NCBI GenBank assembly: GCA_002269645.1
Contig: NIVC01001509.1
Span: 186,001-250,000, forward strand
Reading direction: 5' to 3'
Origin: Macrostomum lignano
Lineage: Eukaryota
Length of the DNA stretch: 64,000 bases
Under the pieces are notes generated by a model, which was not told the DNA's origin, made no database searches, and saw nothing but the letters and a program-made list of their open reading frames with translations. Made by a program: the position numbers and the translations under genes. Below are positions 38,816 through 56,728 of this stretch, in pieces. Position 1 is the stretch's first letter, and each line of letters begins with the position of its first letter.

Positions 38816-39594
38816 CAATGTCAGCAGAAGCAAGAACGTTTGATGTTTGAACGTTTTTGTCTCCACCTTTTTTGAAGATGTCCAACTTCATGTTAATGCA
38901 CCTGACCTCGTCCCAGCAGAACACCCGGCCCAACATCTGTTTCTTGGTTCTTTCTTAGAACCAGTCTGTGTATTTTTGTTTCATCACAAGTCGCGAATTA
39001 TTTATCCACTGCCTGTTGTTTTTCTCGTCCTGATCAAACGCTTATTAACACTAAAGGCTGTATTCGTAGTCCCTGGCACGGCCACTGCTGCTAAATGAAA
39101 ATATATTTATAGTCACAAAGAAATCTTGTTGCTTTGTATTTTCCGCTTAAAAGATTTGAAAGCGAATTATTCAGATCGATGCCTGGATAAAAAATGGGGC
39201 TGGCTGATTTTTTCTACTGAAATAAAGACTTTCAGCTCGGCTCTGCCAATCAATGACGTTTGGCACCGAAAGACCGGCTTGTGTTCGAATGAGGGGTGGG
39301 TAGGGACCGAGCTGGACTATTGGGGCCCGAACCACGCCCTTTCCACCATCGGGTTTTGACTGAGAGAGACTCATCACCGCGAGCCGATCAACAGTAACTC
39401 GATATCGACTGTGACATCTCACTCCCACACTCCCATCTCTGTTGAGGGGTGCCTGCCACATATATAAAGCCTGCAATAATGCAAGGCTGCAAATCTCCCT
39501 GTCGAATCTCTGTTCGGAAGTCTTCATTCTTTCAATATTAGATCACAGCATGGTTGGTTGAATTCCAGGTAGGAGTTTCATTCATCCATTTGTC

Positions 39595-40258
<664 letters not shown>

Positions 40259-40261
40259 GTC

Positions 40262-40410
40262 TACACGCCCACACAGGCTGTACAGCGGTCCTGACTTCTA
40301 GTCGTCAGGTATGTACACTCTCTGTGTGCCTTGGGGGCCATGACCCTCATGGTTTCGAATCGCACGAAGTGGCCGAACCAGGGGTCGTGGCGTGAGAGTC
40401 AGACCACTTT
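40262..40410 (-). mobile_element. Dispersed repeat family B copy with tRNA-like head
   Basis: The minus strand reads GGTAAAGTGGTCTGACTCTCAC...CCTGGTTCGGCCAC followed by the shared hairpin block. Confidence 0.45.
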
Positions 40411-40570
40411 ACCTGCTCTTCCCCTATCAGAGCATCAGCCCCCCCCCCCCTGTCTTAATGGCTGCGGATTCAAGAGAATCCAGACACCCATGGTTTACAT
40501 ATTCCAATAGTATCAAATTAGACTACCAGTCCAGAGCGTCCTTGAAGTGCTTTATGCTTTTTATTTACTA

Positions 40571-43808
<3,238 letters not shown>

Positions 43809-44384
43809 TGACAGGGACTTATCAAATCCTATGAGAGCGTACTCAAACCATGGTGCCACTATAAAAAAACAGTGCGCCATTGTTTTCCATCTTCTATAGC
43901 AGGAAGCTGGCAGTAAACAGACCGCAGATGGAGCTATTTAGCTAGCTCTCCTGGCAGCTGGGGCAATAGGATGATGGAACGAATATATAGAGCAGACGGA
44001 TCCGGTCTGGAAAACGAATCACTAGGCAGTTATTAAGCTGCCTGCCTTTTCATGGCTACCCGGGTATATTGGCTATAAGCTATAGAAAATAGACTAGCAA
44101 TCTGCGCCCCCCGTTGGGGAGGCAACAATGAAAGCAATAAAATATTTTTAATAAAAACACCTACACGTGTAGGTTTTGACCTTGTACAGTCGCTATTGCT
44201 TGTATCTTAAAGAAAATGATGTTTAGAGCAACAAAGCATCTCTCAGCCCTGAAAGCCAGCTATCTAGCCTAAGATACGTGTATCAGAACCCTCTGTAAGC
44301 ATTGGCAACAGAGCCTTCCTTGAAGCCATAGCTTAACCCTAACACTCCTTTTGATGTTTGGCCTAACAACAACTCCCAATTGAC

Positions 44385-45760
44385 CCTTGACATCTCAGCA
44401 ACTCCCAGCATGAGTCTTGACTTCTCAGCAACTCCCAGCATGAGTCTTGACTTCTCAGCAACTCCCAGCATGAGTCTTGACTTCTCAGCAACTCCCAGCA
44501 TGAGTCTTGACTTCTCAGCAACTCCCAGCATGAGTCTTGACTTCTCAGCAACTCCCAGCATGAGTCTTGACTTCTCAGCAACTCCCAGCATGAGTCTTGA
44601 CTTCTCAGCAACTCCCAGCATGAGTCTTGACTTCTCAGCAACTCCCAGCATGAGTCTTGACTTCTCAGCAACTCCCAGCATGAGTCTTGACTTCTCAGCA
44701 ACTCCCAGCATGAGTCTTGACTTCTCAGCAACTCCCAGCATGAGTCTTGACTTCTCAGCAACTCCCAGCATGAGTCTTGACTTCTCAGCAACTCCCAGCA
44801 TGAGTCTTGACTTCTCAGCAACTCCCAGCATGAGTCTTGACTTCTCAGCAACTCCCAGCATGAGTCTTGACTTCTCAGCAACTCCCAGCATGAGTCTTGA
44901 CTTCTCAGCAACTCCCAGCATGAGTCTTGACTTCTCAGCAACTCCCAGCATGAGTCTTGACTTCTCAGCAACTCCCAGCATGAGTCTTGACTTCTCAGCA
45001 ACTCCCAGCATGAGTCTTGACTTCTCAGCAACTCCCAGCATGAGTCTTGACTTCTCAGCAACTCCCAGCATGAGTCTTGACTTCTCAGCAACTCCCAGCA
45101 TGAGTCTTGACTTCTCAGCAACTCCCAGCATGAGTCTTGACTTCTCAGCAACTCCCAGCATGAGTCTTGACTTCTCAGCAACTCCCAGCATGAGTCTTGA
45201 CTTCTCAGCAACTCCCCCCAATTGACCCTTGACATCTCAGCAACTCCCAGATATCAGCATTGCATCCCAGATGTTGCTGACATCTCAGCAACTCCCAACT
45301 CATCTCCCAGCATGACCCTTGACATCTCAGCAACTCCCCCCAATTGACCCTTGACATCTCAGCAACTCCCAGATATCAGCATTGCATCCCAGATGTTGCT
45401 GACATCTCAGCAACTCCCAACTCATCTCCCAGCATGACCCTTGACATCTCAGCAACTCCCCCCAATTGACCCTTGACATCTCAGCAACTCCCTCCAATTG
45501 ACCCTTGACATCTCAGCAACTCCCTCCAATTGACCCTTGACATCTCAGCAACTCCCCCCAATTGACCCTTGACATCTCAGCAACTCACCCGGCCATGAGC
45601 CTTGACATCTCAGCAACTCACCCCATGAGCCTTGATATCTCAGCAATTTCCCAAACAAACCTTCACATCTCAGTACTTCCTTCATGAGCCGCAGCACTTC
45701 AGCAACCCCCAACCCCCCAAGAGTCTTGACATCTCCGCAATTACCCACCAAGGCCAGAGA
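44385..45760. repeat. 30-bp minisatellite: ~27 perfect copies, then a degenerate tail
   Basis: Unit ACTCCCAGCATGAGTCTTGACTTCTCAGCA. Confidence 0.97.
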
Positions 45761-46044
45761 TTTTCAGCGATCCACGCCCCAAGTGAGATATTAAAAGACA
45801 TTTTCGACAACTTGGAGCACCGCAGGGTCTGACTAAGTAATAGATCAAAGCTCCTAACAAAAAGTTCACCGAATTTTTGACAGATAAAAGTGCAAACAGC
45901 ATCTATTCGCTTCTGGTATGCAACCATCCCCTAGGAACTGCCACTTCGAACAGGAGGGGGGGGCTTTTGACCGAGCCTTGCACGCAGCCACGCAGCATTT
46001 TTAATCGCCTACCCGCCCTTTTCAGCGGACCAACACTAGTGTGG

Positions 46045-46383
46045 CAGACGGATCAAGAGTCAGACGGATCAAGAGTCAGACGGATCAAGAGTCAGACGGA
46101 TCAAGAGTCAGACGGATCAAGAGTCAGACGGATCAAGAGTCAGACGGATCAAGAGTCAGACGGATCAAGAGTCAGACGGATCAAGAGTCAGACGGATCAA
46201 GAGTCAGACGGATCAAGAGTCAGACGGATCAAGAGTCAGACGGATCAAGAGTCAGACGGATCGAGAGTCAGACGGATCAAGAGTCAGACGGATCGAGAGT
46301 CAGACGGATCAAGAGTCAGACGGATCGAGAGTCGGACGGATCAAGAGTCAGACGGATCAAGAGTCAGACGGATCGAGAGTCAG
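46045..46383. repeat. 16-bp minisatellite
   Basis: Unit GTCAGACGGATCAAGA. Confidence 0.95.
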
Positions 46384-46393
46384 GCCAGCCAAG

Positions 46394-46627
46394 ATGCACT
46401 TCCCAAAGCAGAAGCTGAAGGCGGAAAACACAGCAGACGGTGCCGACGACCCCGGGCCGCAGGACAGCCTGGCGCGCCGGCTCGGCCAGAAGGCGATCCG
46501 CCTGCTGACGGTGGGCTCCTACCTGACCGCCATCCTGTCCGCCTCAGTTGTCATGGCAGTCTACTATTGCTGGATGTGGTCGCCAAATTTCGTCAATATA
46601 ACTGACACTGACCCGAATTCGCTTTGA
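46394..46627 (+). CDS. InaF-motif single-pass membrane microprotein (77 aa)
   Basis: KAIRLLTVGSYLTAILSASVVMAVYYCWMWSP matches the InaF motif (RLxTVxxY...AxYY...WxP). GC3-rich codon usage. Confidence 0.7.
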   Translation: MHFPKQKLKAENTADGADDPGPQDSLARRLGQKAIRLLTVGSYLTAILSASVVMAVYYCWMWSPNFVNITDTDPNSL

Positions 46628-47419
46628 ACCGGAGCTGAACGGAACGGGGGGTTAATGACTGCTGGGATTGGGGTGGGGTGAGTGTACGCGGCAATGTACA
46701 TTGTCGCTAATTACTATTGGTCCTCTGCCTAACCACACGGCCACCTCACTCCGCACGCCAGTTATCAGCTGGTCTCTGATTGGCTGTCGGCTCAGAGAGA
46801 CAATCAGGGGATGTGAATTTGTCTATCGATTTTTGTGAGTCTGAGTCTAAGAAACTTGAGTCAAAGAAACTTAGAGTTTGGAACTTGAGCGTTAACAATA
46901 TTTTTGTAGAAAGTTTTGTATATCTTGCGGAACGAGAAGTTTATCAGAAAATTATTAGATAATGAGAGCTCAGACTGCAGTCATGCACTGGTTGGATACA
47001 AACTTTTCGTTATGGAATTCAAGCGGGTTTTATTGCTACAAAAGCTGACTTTTGAACGAACTGCATAAAATGCAGTCAGACTTGACACCTGCTTTACAAA
47101 TTCTGTAAAATCGTATTTGTGGTAAATGAGCTGTACAGACAAAACAACCCCAAGGCCATCCCAAATGAGAGTTGTGTTCGTCTTGATTCTTGAGGCATAA
47201 TCCTGGTTGAGTCTTATTAAGCTGTTTGAGTCTTACCTTCAATTTGAAAATTCATTTTCATTTAATGGATTTATGGGCTTAGAAAAATCACACACTTAGC
47301 GCTCTGAAATTAAAAGCTTTTTGCTGATTGCTTCAGAAATTTGCATGCATTTTGTTGATTAATTCACATTATACTAATTAGACAGACTAATTAGACTTGA
47401 TGATTAAGCGGCCCGTGTA

Positions 47420-48920
47420 TGTTATGAGTGGCTCATGAGTGCCTTATATCTGTCATAAGTAGCTCATATCTGTCAAGAGTGGCTCATGAGTGGCTCATAT
47501 ATGTCATGAGTGGCTCATATATGTCATGAGTGGCTCATATATGTCATGAGTGGCTCATATATGTCATGAGTGGCTCATATATGTCATGAGTGGCTCATGA
47601 GTGGGTCATATCTGTCATGAGTGGCTCATATCTGTCATGAGTGGCTCATATCTGTCACGAGTGGCTTATATCTGTCATGAGTGGCTCATATCTGTCACGA
47701 GTGGCTCATATATGTCATGAGTGGCTCATATCTGTCATGAGTGGCTCATATCTGTCATGAGTGGCTCATATCTGTCACGAGTGGCTCATATCTGTCATGA
47801 GTGGCTCATATCTGTCACGAGTGGCTCATATCTGTCATGAGTGGCTCATATCTGTCACGAGTGGCTCATATCTGTCACGAGTGGCACATATCTGTCATGA
47901 GTGGCTCATATCTGTCACGAGTGGCTCATATCTGTCATGAGTGGCTCATATCTGTCATGAGTGGCTCATATCTGTCACGAGTGGCTCATATCTGTCATGA
48001 GTGGCTTATATCTGTCATGAGTGGCTCATATCTATCACGAGTGGCTCATATCTGTCACGAGTGGCTCATATCTGTCATGAGTGGCTCATATCTGTCACGA
48101 GTGGCTCATATCTGTCATGAGTGGCTCATATCTGTTATGAGTGGCTCATATCTGTCATGAATGGCTCATATCTGTCATGAGTGGCTCATATCTGTCACGA
48201 GTGGCTCATATCTGTCACGAGTGGCTCATATCTGTCATGAGTGGCTCATATCTGTCATGAGTGGCTTATATCTGTCACGAGTGGCTCATATCTATAATGA
48301 ATGGCTGAAATATACGCTCTGTCATGAATGGCTCATATCTGTCACAAATGGCTCATATCTGTCACGAGTGGCTCATATCTGTCACGAGTGGCTCATATAT
48401 GTCATGAGTGGCTCATATCTGTCATGAGTGGCTCATATCTGTCATGAGTGGCTCATATCTGTCATGAGTGGCTCATATCTGTCATGAGTGGCTCATATCT
48501 GTCATGAGTGGCTCATATCTGTCATGAGTGGCTCATATCTGTCATGAGTGGCTCATATCTGTCATGAGTGGCTCATATCTGTCATGAGTGGCTCATATCT
48601 GTCATGAGTGGCTCATATCTGTCATGAGTGGCTCATATCTGTCATGAGTGGCTCATATCTGTCACGAGTGGCTCATATCTGTCATGAGTGGCTCATATCT
48701 GTCATGAGTGGCTTATATCTGTCACGAGTGGCTCATATCTATAATGAATGGCTGAAATATACGCTCTGTCATGAATGGCTCATATCTGTCACGAGTGGCT
48801 CATATCTGTCACGAGTGCCTCATATCTATAATGAATGGCTGAAATATACGCTCTGTCATGAATGGCTCATATCTGTCACGAGTGGCTCATATCTGTCATG
48901 AGTGGCTCATATCTATCATG
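47420..48920. repeat. 20-bp minisatellite
   Basis: Unit GAGTGGCTCATATCTGTCAT. Confidence 0.95.
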
Positions 48921-49359
48921 AGCTTGCTTCTTTTAGCTATGTCATTTTTGTACTAAAATTTCGGCTCCAGTCCAGATGCCAAACCCCAGTTGTCCTTGTG
49001 TGGATAATAAAGTTAAAGCTTTTTTACATTGGCTTTAATCAGAATTGTCCAATGGTAGATGATTTTTTCAGGATGCCAGATATACTGCCGCAGCCCCAGC
49101 ATCTAATTGCATTTTATTGCATTTGACTGTGCTCGGGGGGGGGGGGACCACCGGATTCGCGCCAGTATTGGCCCATTACTATTTTATCTGGCTGAGAGGC
49201 CTGTGGTAGTTCGTGCAAGAACTCGTGCAAATTCAATTTCCAATGTAATGGACGGAAGGGTGCCGCATGCTGGGGCGGGGGAAGGCGCGCGGAAATGGCT
49301 GCCAAGAGGGGAGAAAGGCAGGAGAGGTGAATGAACGTGTGCCATTAAGCATGAGCTAG

Positions 49360-50600
49360 AGCGGAGTGAATGGCCGAGTGAGAGAGTGAATGGCCGAGAA
49401 AGTGAATGGCCGAGTGAGAGAGTGAATGGCCGAGAGAGTGAATGGCGAAGTGAGAGAGTGAATGGCCGAGAGAGTGAATGGCGAAGTGAGAGAGTGAATG
49501 GCAGAGTGTGAGAGTGAATGGCCGAGTGGGAGAGTGAATTGAGAAGTGAGAAAGTGAATGGAGGAGTGTGAGAGTGAATTGAGGAGTGTGAGAGTGAATT
49601 GAGAAGTGGGAGAGTGAATGGAGGAGTGAGAAAGTGAATGGAGGAGTTTGAGAGTGAATTGAGGAGTGTGAGAGTGAATTGAGGAGTGTGAGAGTGAATT
49701 GAGAAGTGGGAGAGTGAATGGAGGAGTGAGAAAGTGAATGGAGGAGTGTGAGAGTGAATTGTGGAGTGTGAGAGTGAATTGAGAAGTGGGAGAGTGAATG
49801 GAGGAGTGAGAAAGTGAATGGAGGAGTTTGAGAGTGAATTGAGGAGTGTGAGAGTGAATTGAGGAGTGTGAGAGTGAATTGAGAAGTGGGAGAGTGAATG
49901 GAGGAGTGAGAAAGTGAATGGAGGAGTGTGAGAGTTAATTGTGGAGTGTGAGAGTGAATTGAGAAGTGGGAGAGTGAATGGAGGAGTGGGAGAGTGAATG
50001 GAGGAGTGAGAAAGTGAATGGAGGAGTGAGAGAGTGAATGGCCGAGTGGGAGAGTGAATTGGAGAGTGGGAGAGTGAATGGCCGAGTCGGAGAGTGAATG
50101 GAGGAGTGAGAGTGAATGACAGAGAGTGAGAGGGAATGTCCGAGTGGGAGAGTGAATTGAGAAGTGAGAAAGTGAATGGAGGAGTGTGAGAGTGAATTGA
50201 GGAGTGTGAGAGTGAATTGAGAAGTGGGAGAGTGAATGGAGGAGTGAGAAAGTGAATGGAGGAGTTTGAGAGTGAATTGAGGAGTGTGAGAGTGAATTGA
50301 GGAGTGTGAGAGTGAATTGAGAAGTGGGAGAGTGAATGGAGGAGTGAGAAAGTGAATGGAGGAGTGTGAGAGTGAATTGTGGAGTGTGAGAGTGAATTGA
50401 GAAGTGGGAGAGTGAATGGAGGAGTGGGAGAGTGAATGGAGGAGTGAGAAAGTGAATGGAGGAGTGAGAGAGTGAATGGCCGAGTGGGAGAGTGAATTGG
50501 AGAGTGGGAGAGTGAATGGCCGAGTGGGAGAGTGAATGGCCGAGTCGGAGAGTGAATGGAGGAGTGAGAGTGAATGACAGAGAGTGAGAGGGAATGGCAA
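49360..50600. repeat. 20-bp purine-rich minisatellite with higher-order blocks
   Basis: Unit GAGAGTGAATTGAGGAGTGT and variants. Confidence 0.9.
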
Positions 50601-51094
50601 AAGCTGCTTGAATCTGCTTCCACATGAGCCCCTACTGCAGGCAACCAGATGTGTTTGCCGCTTGTCGAGGCCAGACGGTCCGGGCTGAGTGGCCGGCTGT
50701 TTACAGCGGCAGCTTGGCCAGCGCAAAAGTTCTTCCCGATATTATTAGCCAGGGAAAAGGAGGATCTCACAGTTGCTCGGACTGAGATAAAGTCGGCGAA
50801 AAAAGTTCTGTCTACTGCCAAGGCCTGACTGGCTGCTCAAGATCCGAAAGATGACGGGCGAGGCTGAGGGGAGGCTGGGGGCGAGCGCGCAATTCCGAGA
50901 TGGGGAATCGGCAGCAGCTTGGTGGGAAGTGACGACTTGGGGATATTCTCGGGAGAGGGAAGGGTAGAAAATATGGGATGTGGATGGGCAGGGGGGATTA
51001 GAAAGAGGGGACAAAAGATACCAAATCAATCGACAGTCACCACCACAGAATACTGAGAAAAATCAAAGAGGCGAGATAAACATCAGCGAAAAAT

Positions 51095-51835
51095 CTTCAG
51101 AGAATTCAGAGAGAATTCAAAGGGAAATCTGAGAGAATTCAGAGAGACTTCAGAGAGAATTCAGAGGGAAATCTGAGAGAAACCAGAGAGAATTTAGAGA
51201 GAAACCAGAGAGAATTTAGAGAGAAACCAGAGAAAATTCAGAGGGAAATCTGAGAGAGTTCAGAGAGAATTTAGAAAGAAATCAGAGAGAATTCAGAGGG
51301 AAATCTGAGAGAGTTCAGAGAGAATTTAGAAAGAAATCAGAGAGAATTCAGAGGGAAATCTGAGAGAGTTCAGAGAGAATTTAGAAAGAAATCAGAGAGA
51401 ATTCAGAGGGAAATCTGAGAGAGTTCAGAGAGAATTTAGAAAGAAATCAGAGAGAATTCAGAGGGAAATCTGAGAGAGTTCAGAGAGAATTTAGAAAGAA
51501 ATCAGAGAGAATTCAGAGGGAAATCTGAGAGAAACCAGAGAGAATTTAGAGAGAAACCAGAGAGAATTTAGAGAGAAACCAGAGAAAATTCAGAGGGAAA
51601 TCTGAGAGAGTTCAGAGAGAATTTAGAAAGAAATCAGAGAGAATTCAGAGGGAAATCTGAGAGAGTTCAGAGAGAATTTAGAAAGAAATCAGAGAGAATT
51701 CAGAGGGAAATCTGAGAGAAACCAGAGAGAATATAGAGAGAAATCAGAGAGAATTCAGAGGGAAATCAAAAGAAAATCAGAGAGAATTCAGAGAGAATTC
51801 ACAGAGAGAAATCTGAGAGAGTTCAGAGAGAAGCT
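51095..51835. repeat. GA-rich array with a ~55-bp period
   Basis: AAATCTGAGAGAGTTCAGAGAGAATTTAGAAAGAAATCAGAGAGAATTCAGAGGG recurs at 51301 and 51356. Confidence 0.9.
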
Positions 51836-52773
51836 GGAAAGAAAGCTCGGAGATCAAGGTGATAAAAATAGTTTCAGAGATATGTAGGAAATAAGCAGAA
51901 AATGTGAACCAAAAACACGCAAGCTTTTCATGTCGTCAGTTGCGAGTGGAAACTGAGAACCATTCAAAACCGACATGGAACACGAACAGAGCTAGCACGC
52001 CGATACACTGTAATTACAGACACGCACACAGTCTTTGGCTTTCGCTGAGCCAAGTATTGCTATAAAATGAATTTGCGTCATTGCTGAAACCAGTTGAGCG
52101 ATTCTGTCAGCACTTCTGAGCTAGTGCGTCTGATGAGACAAATACCTACTACTTCAGTTGAACCGTTGTTTATGAATGGCTTTAATGAGGCCCTTGAGCG
52201 AGATTTGTAATTTTAATCTTTCAGCGTTTCATTTGGGTTAATATTTTCATCCAAGTATAGAAGGACTTTATGATAGTGCTGTTGTCAGTACTCGTACTGA
52301 CTCATTGATATTCATTTGTTCACTCACTACCATCTGCTTCGCAATGACTTCCTTTTTCTCGTTTAAATCACTCATGCTCAACTACGTGCAGGAAGTTTCT
52401 AGAACTTGTAAAATTCTAATGCGAGGTCAGGTTTCAAGCTGTTTCATAAAAGACTTGTTTTCAGCAATCAGCAATTTGCTTTTCTGCTCCCGGGCACCAT
52501 ATGCTAAATAGTTTTCAAGCGAGGAGTCAGCAATGAATAATTTTACAATAGAAACTTTCATTTATACAACAGCTTAAAACGCCCACGGAGTCAACAGCTG
52601 GTGCAAACGACTCTTTCTAAGACACAGCGCTCACTGTTACTAAAGGCGCTCTCGTCACTGATTCTTTTTATACTCCAGCGTAGCTCGACACAACGCAAAA
52701 CTACTCAAGCTCAACCGAGAAAGCCTTTTGACGTATTTCCAAGAGAGCAGTCAACACTGACAACATTATCCAG

Positions 52774-53184
52774 ATGAAGTCTTGTACAACAGCTGCGCTG
52801 CTAACTGCCGCAGCTCTGATGCTCTGCAGCTTGGCCGTGGCGGTCCCGCTGGACTGTCCGATCAATCGCCACGCCGACTGGGAGATCATCGCCGGCAAGA
52901 ACATCAGCCAGCTGCTCATTAACATCAAGCTGAGCAACGGCAGCTGCGTGGAGGTGCACGATCAGGGCACGCCGACTACTTTTACAACTTCGCGAGCCCG
53001 CGGCTGCACCTTCTGCATCGAGGGCCACTGCGTCCCGGTGCCCCGGCTGCCCAGCCCGCCAACCTGCGACTCTGTGCAGGGCCCTGATTGCGGTCAGTAC
53101 TTCACCGCCAAGGGCAATCGAGCTGCGCCCTGCGCGGATGCCAACCCGCTGCTGTCCAGCCTCAGCCTCGCGGGCAAGAAGTAA
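52774..53184 (+). CDS. Uncharacterised secreted cysteine-rich protein (136 aa, single exon)
   Basis: Hydrophobic signal peptide (MKSCTTAALLTAAALMLCSLAVA). 8 Cys in the mature part. Strongly GC3-biased codons against AT-rich flanks. AATAAA at ~53338. Confidence 0.75.
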   Translation: MKSCTTAALLTAAALMLCSLAVAVPLDCPINRHADWEIIAGKNISQLLINIKLSNGSCVEVHDQGTPTTFTTSRARGCTFCIEGHCVPVPRLPSPPTCDSVQGPDCGQYFTAKGNRAAPCADANPLLSSLSLAGKK

Positions 53185-53659
53185 ACATGGCGCATTGACT
53201 CCGGGTGAAGGGTGCAGACAGTGTGACAGTGGGAACCCGACAGTTGACTATGTAGTACTATATTTATTGACAACTGATAATTAACTACATGTATTCCAGT
53301 CCAAAACAAGCGGTAAATAATCAATTATTTTATTTCAATAAAAATTGACTCCGGGAGCAGGATACACTCCGCTCCTGTGAATATTAGAAGAATGATGAAT
53401 GCAGAAGCCGGTGAAAACCAGGCGAGTTACGCGCGCACTCGAATGCAGAGAAGGTCGAAGAGATTACTGGACGCGATTCTGCGATGAAGCTTTCAATTTC
53501 ACTGATTTGAAATCCATTGTGAGCCTCACGCTGCGAGCCCAATGATTAGTGAGGGAGGGTGACGCATATTATAAAATTCATTTGCCTGTTGTTCGCAAAC
53601 AGGAAGGCGAGCTTCCGTGTTGTCGGGCAATTGGAAAGTCAATGACAGATAAGGGTCAG

Positions 53660-53675
53660 ACAAAGACAGACACTA

Positions 53676-53708
<33 letters not shown>

Positions 53709-53783
53709 CTAAGACAGACCGACAGACAGACAGACAGACAGACAAACACTTAGACAGACACTAAGACAGACAGACAGACACTA

Positions 53784-53816
<33 letters not shown>

Positions 53817-53819
53817 CTA

Positions 53820-53852
<33 letters not shown>

Positions 53853-54640
53853 CTTAGACAGACACTAAGACAGACACTAAGACAGACAAACACTTAGACA
53901 GACACTAAGACAGACAGACAGACAGACAGACACTAAGACAGACACTAAGACAGACACTAAGACAGACACTAAGACAGACCAACACTTAGACAGACACTAA
54001 GACAGACACTAAGACAGACACTAAGACAGACAGACAGACAGACAAACACTTAGACAGACACTAAGACAGACACTAAGACAGACAAACACTTAGACAGACA
54101 AACACTTAGACAGACACCAAGACAGACAGACAGACAGACAAACACTAAGACAGACACTAAGACAGACACTAAGACAGACACTAAGACAGACACTAAGACA
54201 GACCAACACTTAGACAGACACTAAGACAGACACTAAGACAGACACTAAGACAGACAGACAGACAAACACTTAGACAGACACTAAGACAGACACTAAGACA
54301 GACAGACAGACACTAAGACAGACACTAAGACAGACAGACAGACACTAAGACAGACAGACAGACACTAAGACAGACAGACAGACAGACACTAAGACAGACA
54401 GACAGACAGAAAAACACTAAGACAGACACTAAGACAGACACTAAGACAGACAGACAGACAAACACTTAGACAGACACTAAGACAGACACTAAGACAGACA
54501 CTAAGACAGACACTAAGACAGACAGACAGACAGACACTAAGACAGACAGACAGACACTAAGGCAGACAGACAGACACTAAGGCAGACAGACAGACACTAA
54601 GACAGACAGACAGACACTAAGACAGACAGACAGACAGACA
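53660..54640. repeat. Compound (CAGA)n / CACTAAGA microsatellite
   Basis: Direct reading of the sequence. Confidence 0.95.
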
Positions 54641-55251
54641 CGGAGTTGAAAAAGCCACACAGGAAATTCCCCGTCGCACCAAATGCACTACTCAGTTAGT
54701 AGAAGGCTTGGCTAGAAGGAGAATAATTTGTAATTTTAGTTAGGAAATCACTTATTCATCAAGAGTAATTATGAAACTATTATTTAAAAAAACTGGAGTA
54801 CAATTTACTGATAGAAAACTCATAAGTGTTTCATTAATACAGTTTACTTATAATTGACCAAACAAGAGCACAGCTCACAGCTGACTGACCTTGTCAATTA
54901 AAAACTATTTTAAAGATTTAAAAAGACAATTAAAATTTGCATTGCAATCCATAGTATACAAAAAACAACAAAATTACAAAACGAGACAATTACAAACCAG
55001 TCAATCAGCAGGAATATAACTAAGCTAGAATATTTATCAAAAAGCGATCAGATTACTTGAATATAACTACAAAGCAAGATTATTGCAAGTTGAGAATTTT
55101 TCTGAGTAACTGTCTACTTTTAAGTAGTAGGCCTCTTGAATGGCACGCAAGTTTAGACAACTATTGTATATAATCTGACAATATCCGTTAGCGATTATTC
55201 AATGATTAACATCAACCTCTATAACTCTATAACCCCTATAACCTCTATAAT

Positions 55252-56728
55252 GATTGGGGTGCACACCGAGTGACACATCCTTATTCTATGAACAGGGATT
55301 GGGGTGCACACCGAGTGACACATCCCGATTTTATGAACAGGGATTGGGGTGCACACCGAGTGACACATTCCTATTCTATGAACAGGGATTGGGGTGTACA
55401 TCGAGTGACACATTCCTATTATATGAACAGGGATTGGGGTGTACATCGAGTGACACATTCCTATTCTATGAACAGGGATTGGGGTGTACATCGAGTGACA
55501 CATTCCTATTCTATGAACAGGGATTGGGGTGTACACCGAGTGACACATTCCTATTCTATGAACAGGGATTGGGGTGTACACCGAGTGACACATTCCTATT
55601 CTATGAACAGGGATTGGGGTGTACATCGAGTGACACATTCCTATTCTATGAACAGGGATTGGGGTGCACACCGAGTGACACATTCCTATTCTATGAACAG
55701 GGATTGGGGTGTACATCGAGTGACACATTCCTATTCTATGAACAGGGATTGGGGTGCACACCGAGTGACACATTCCTATTCTATGAACAGGGATTGGGGT
55801 GTACACCGAGTGACACATTCCTATTCTATGAACAGGGATTGGGGTGTACACCGAGTGACACATTCCTATTCTATGAACAGGGATTGGGGTGAACACCGAG
55901 TGACACATTCCTATTCTATGAACAGGGATTGGGGTGTACACCGAGTGACACATTCCTATTCTATGAACAGGGATTGGGGTGTACACCGAGTGACACATTC
56001 CTATTCTATGAACAGGGATTGGGGTGTACACCGAGTGACACATTCCTATTCTATGAACAGGGATTGGGGTGTACACCGAGTGACACATTCCTATTCTATG
56101 AACAGGGATTGGGGTGTACATCGAGTGACACATTCATATTCTATGAACAGGGATTGGGGTGTACATCGAGTGACACATCCCGATTTTATGAACAGGGATT
56201 GGGGTGTACACCGAGTGACACATTCCTATTCTATGAACAGGGATTGGGGTGTACATCGAGTGACACATTCATATTCTATGAACAGGGATTGGGGTGTACA
56301 CCGAGTGACACATTCCTATTCTATGAACAGGGATTGGGGTGTACATCGAGTGACACATTCCTATTCTATGAACAGGGATTGGGGTGTACATCGAGTGACA
56401 CATCCCGATTTTATGAACAGGGATTGGGGTGTACATCGAATGACACATCCCGATTTTATGAACAGGGATTGGGGTGTACATCGATTGACACATCCCGATT
56501 CTATGAACAGGGATTGGGGTGTACATCGAATGACACATCCCGATTTTATGAACAGGGATTGGGTGTACATCGATTGACACATCCCGATTCTATGAACAGG
56601 GATTGGGGTGTACATCGAGTGACACATCCCGATTTTATGAACAGGGATTGGGGTGTACATCGAGTGACACATCCTGATTTTATGAACAGGGATTGGGGTG
56701 TACATCGAATGACACATCCCGATTCTAT
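55252..56728. repeat. 45-bp minisatellite
   Basis: Unit GTACACCGAGTGACACATTCCTATTCTATGAACAGGGATTGGGGT. Confidence 0.97.

Noticed and set aside
38751-39527. Short ORFs after the 35-bp array as transposase or gene fragments
   Set aside because: No recognisable motif or codon bias, and the frames are interrupted.
52071-52146. Possible hammerhead ribozyme (GAAAC...GTC...CTGATGAG)
   Set aside because: Stems II and III need several mismatches or bulges, and the G10.1-C11.1 pair is absent. Probably chance; an Infernal search would settle it.
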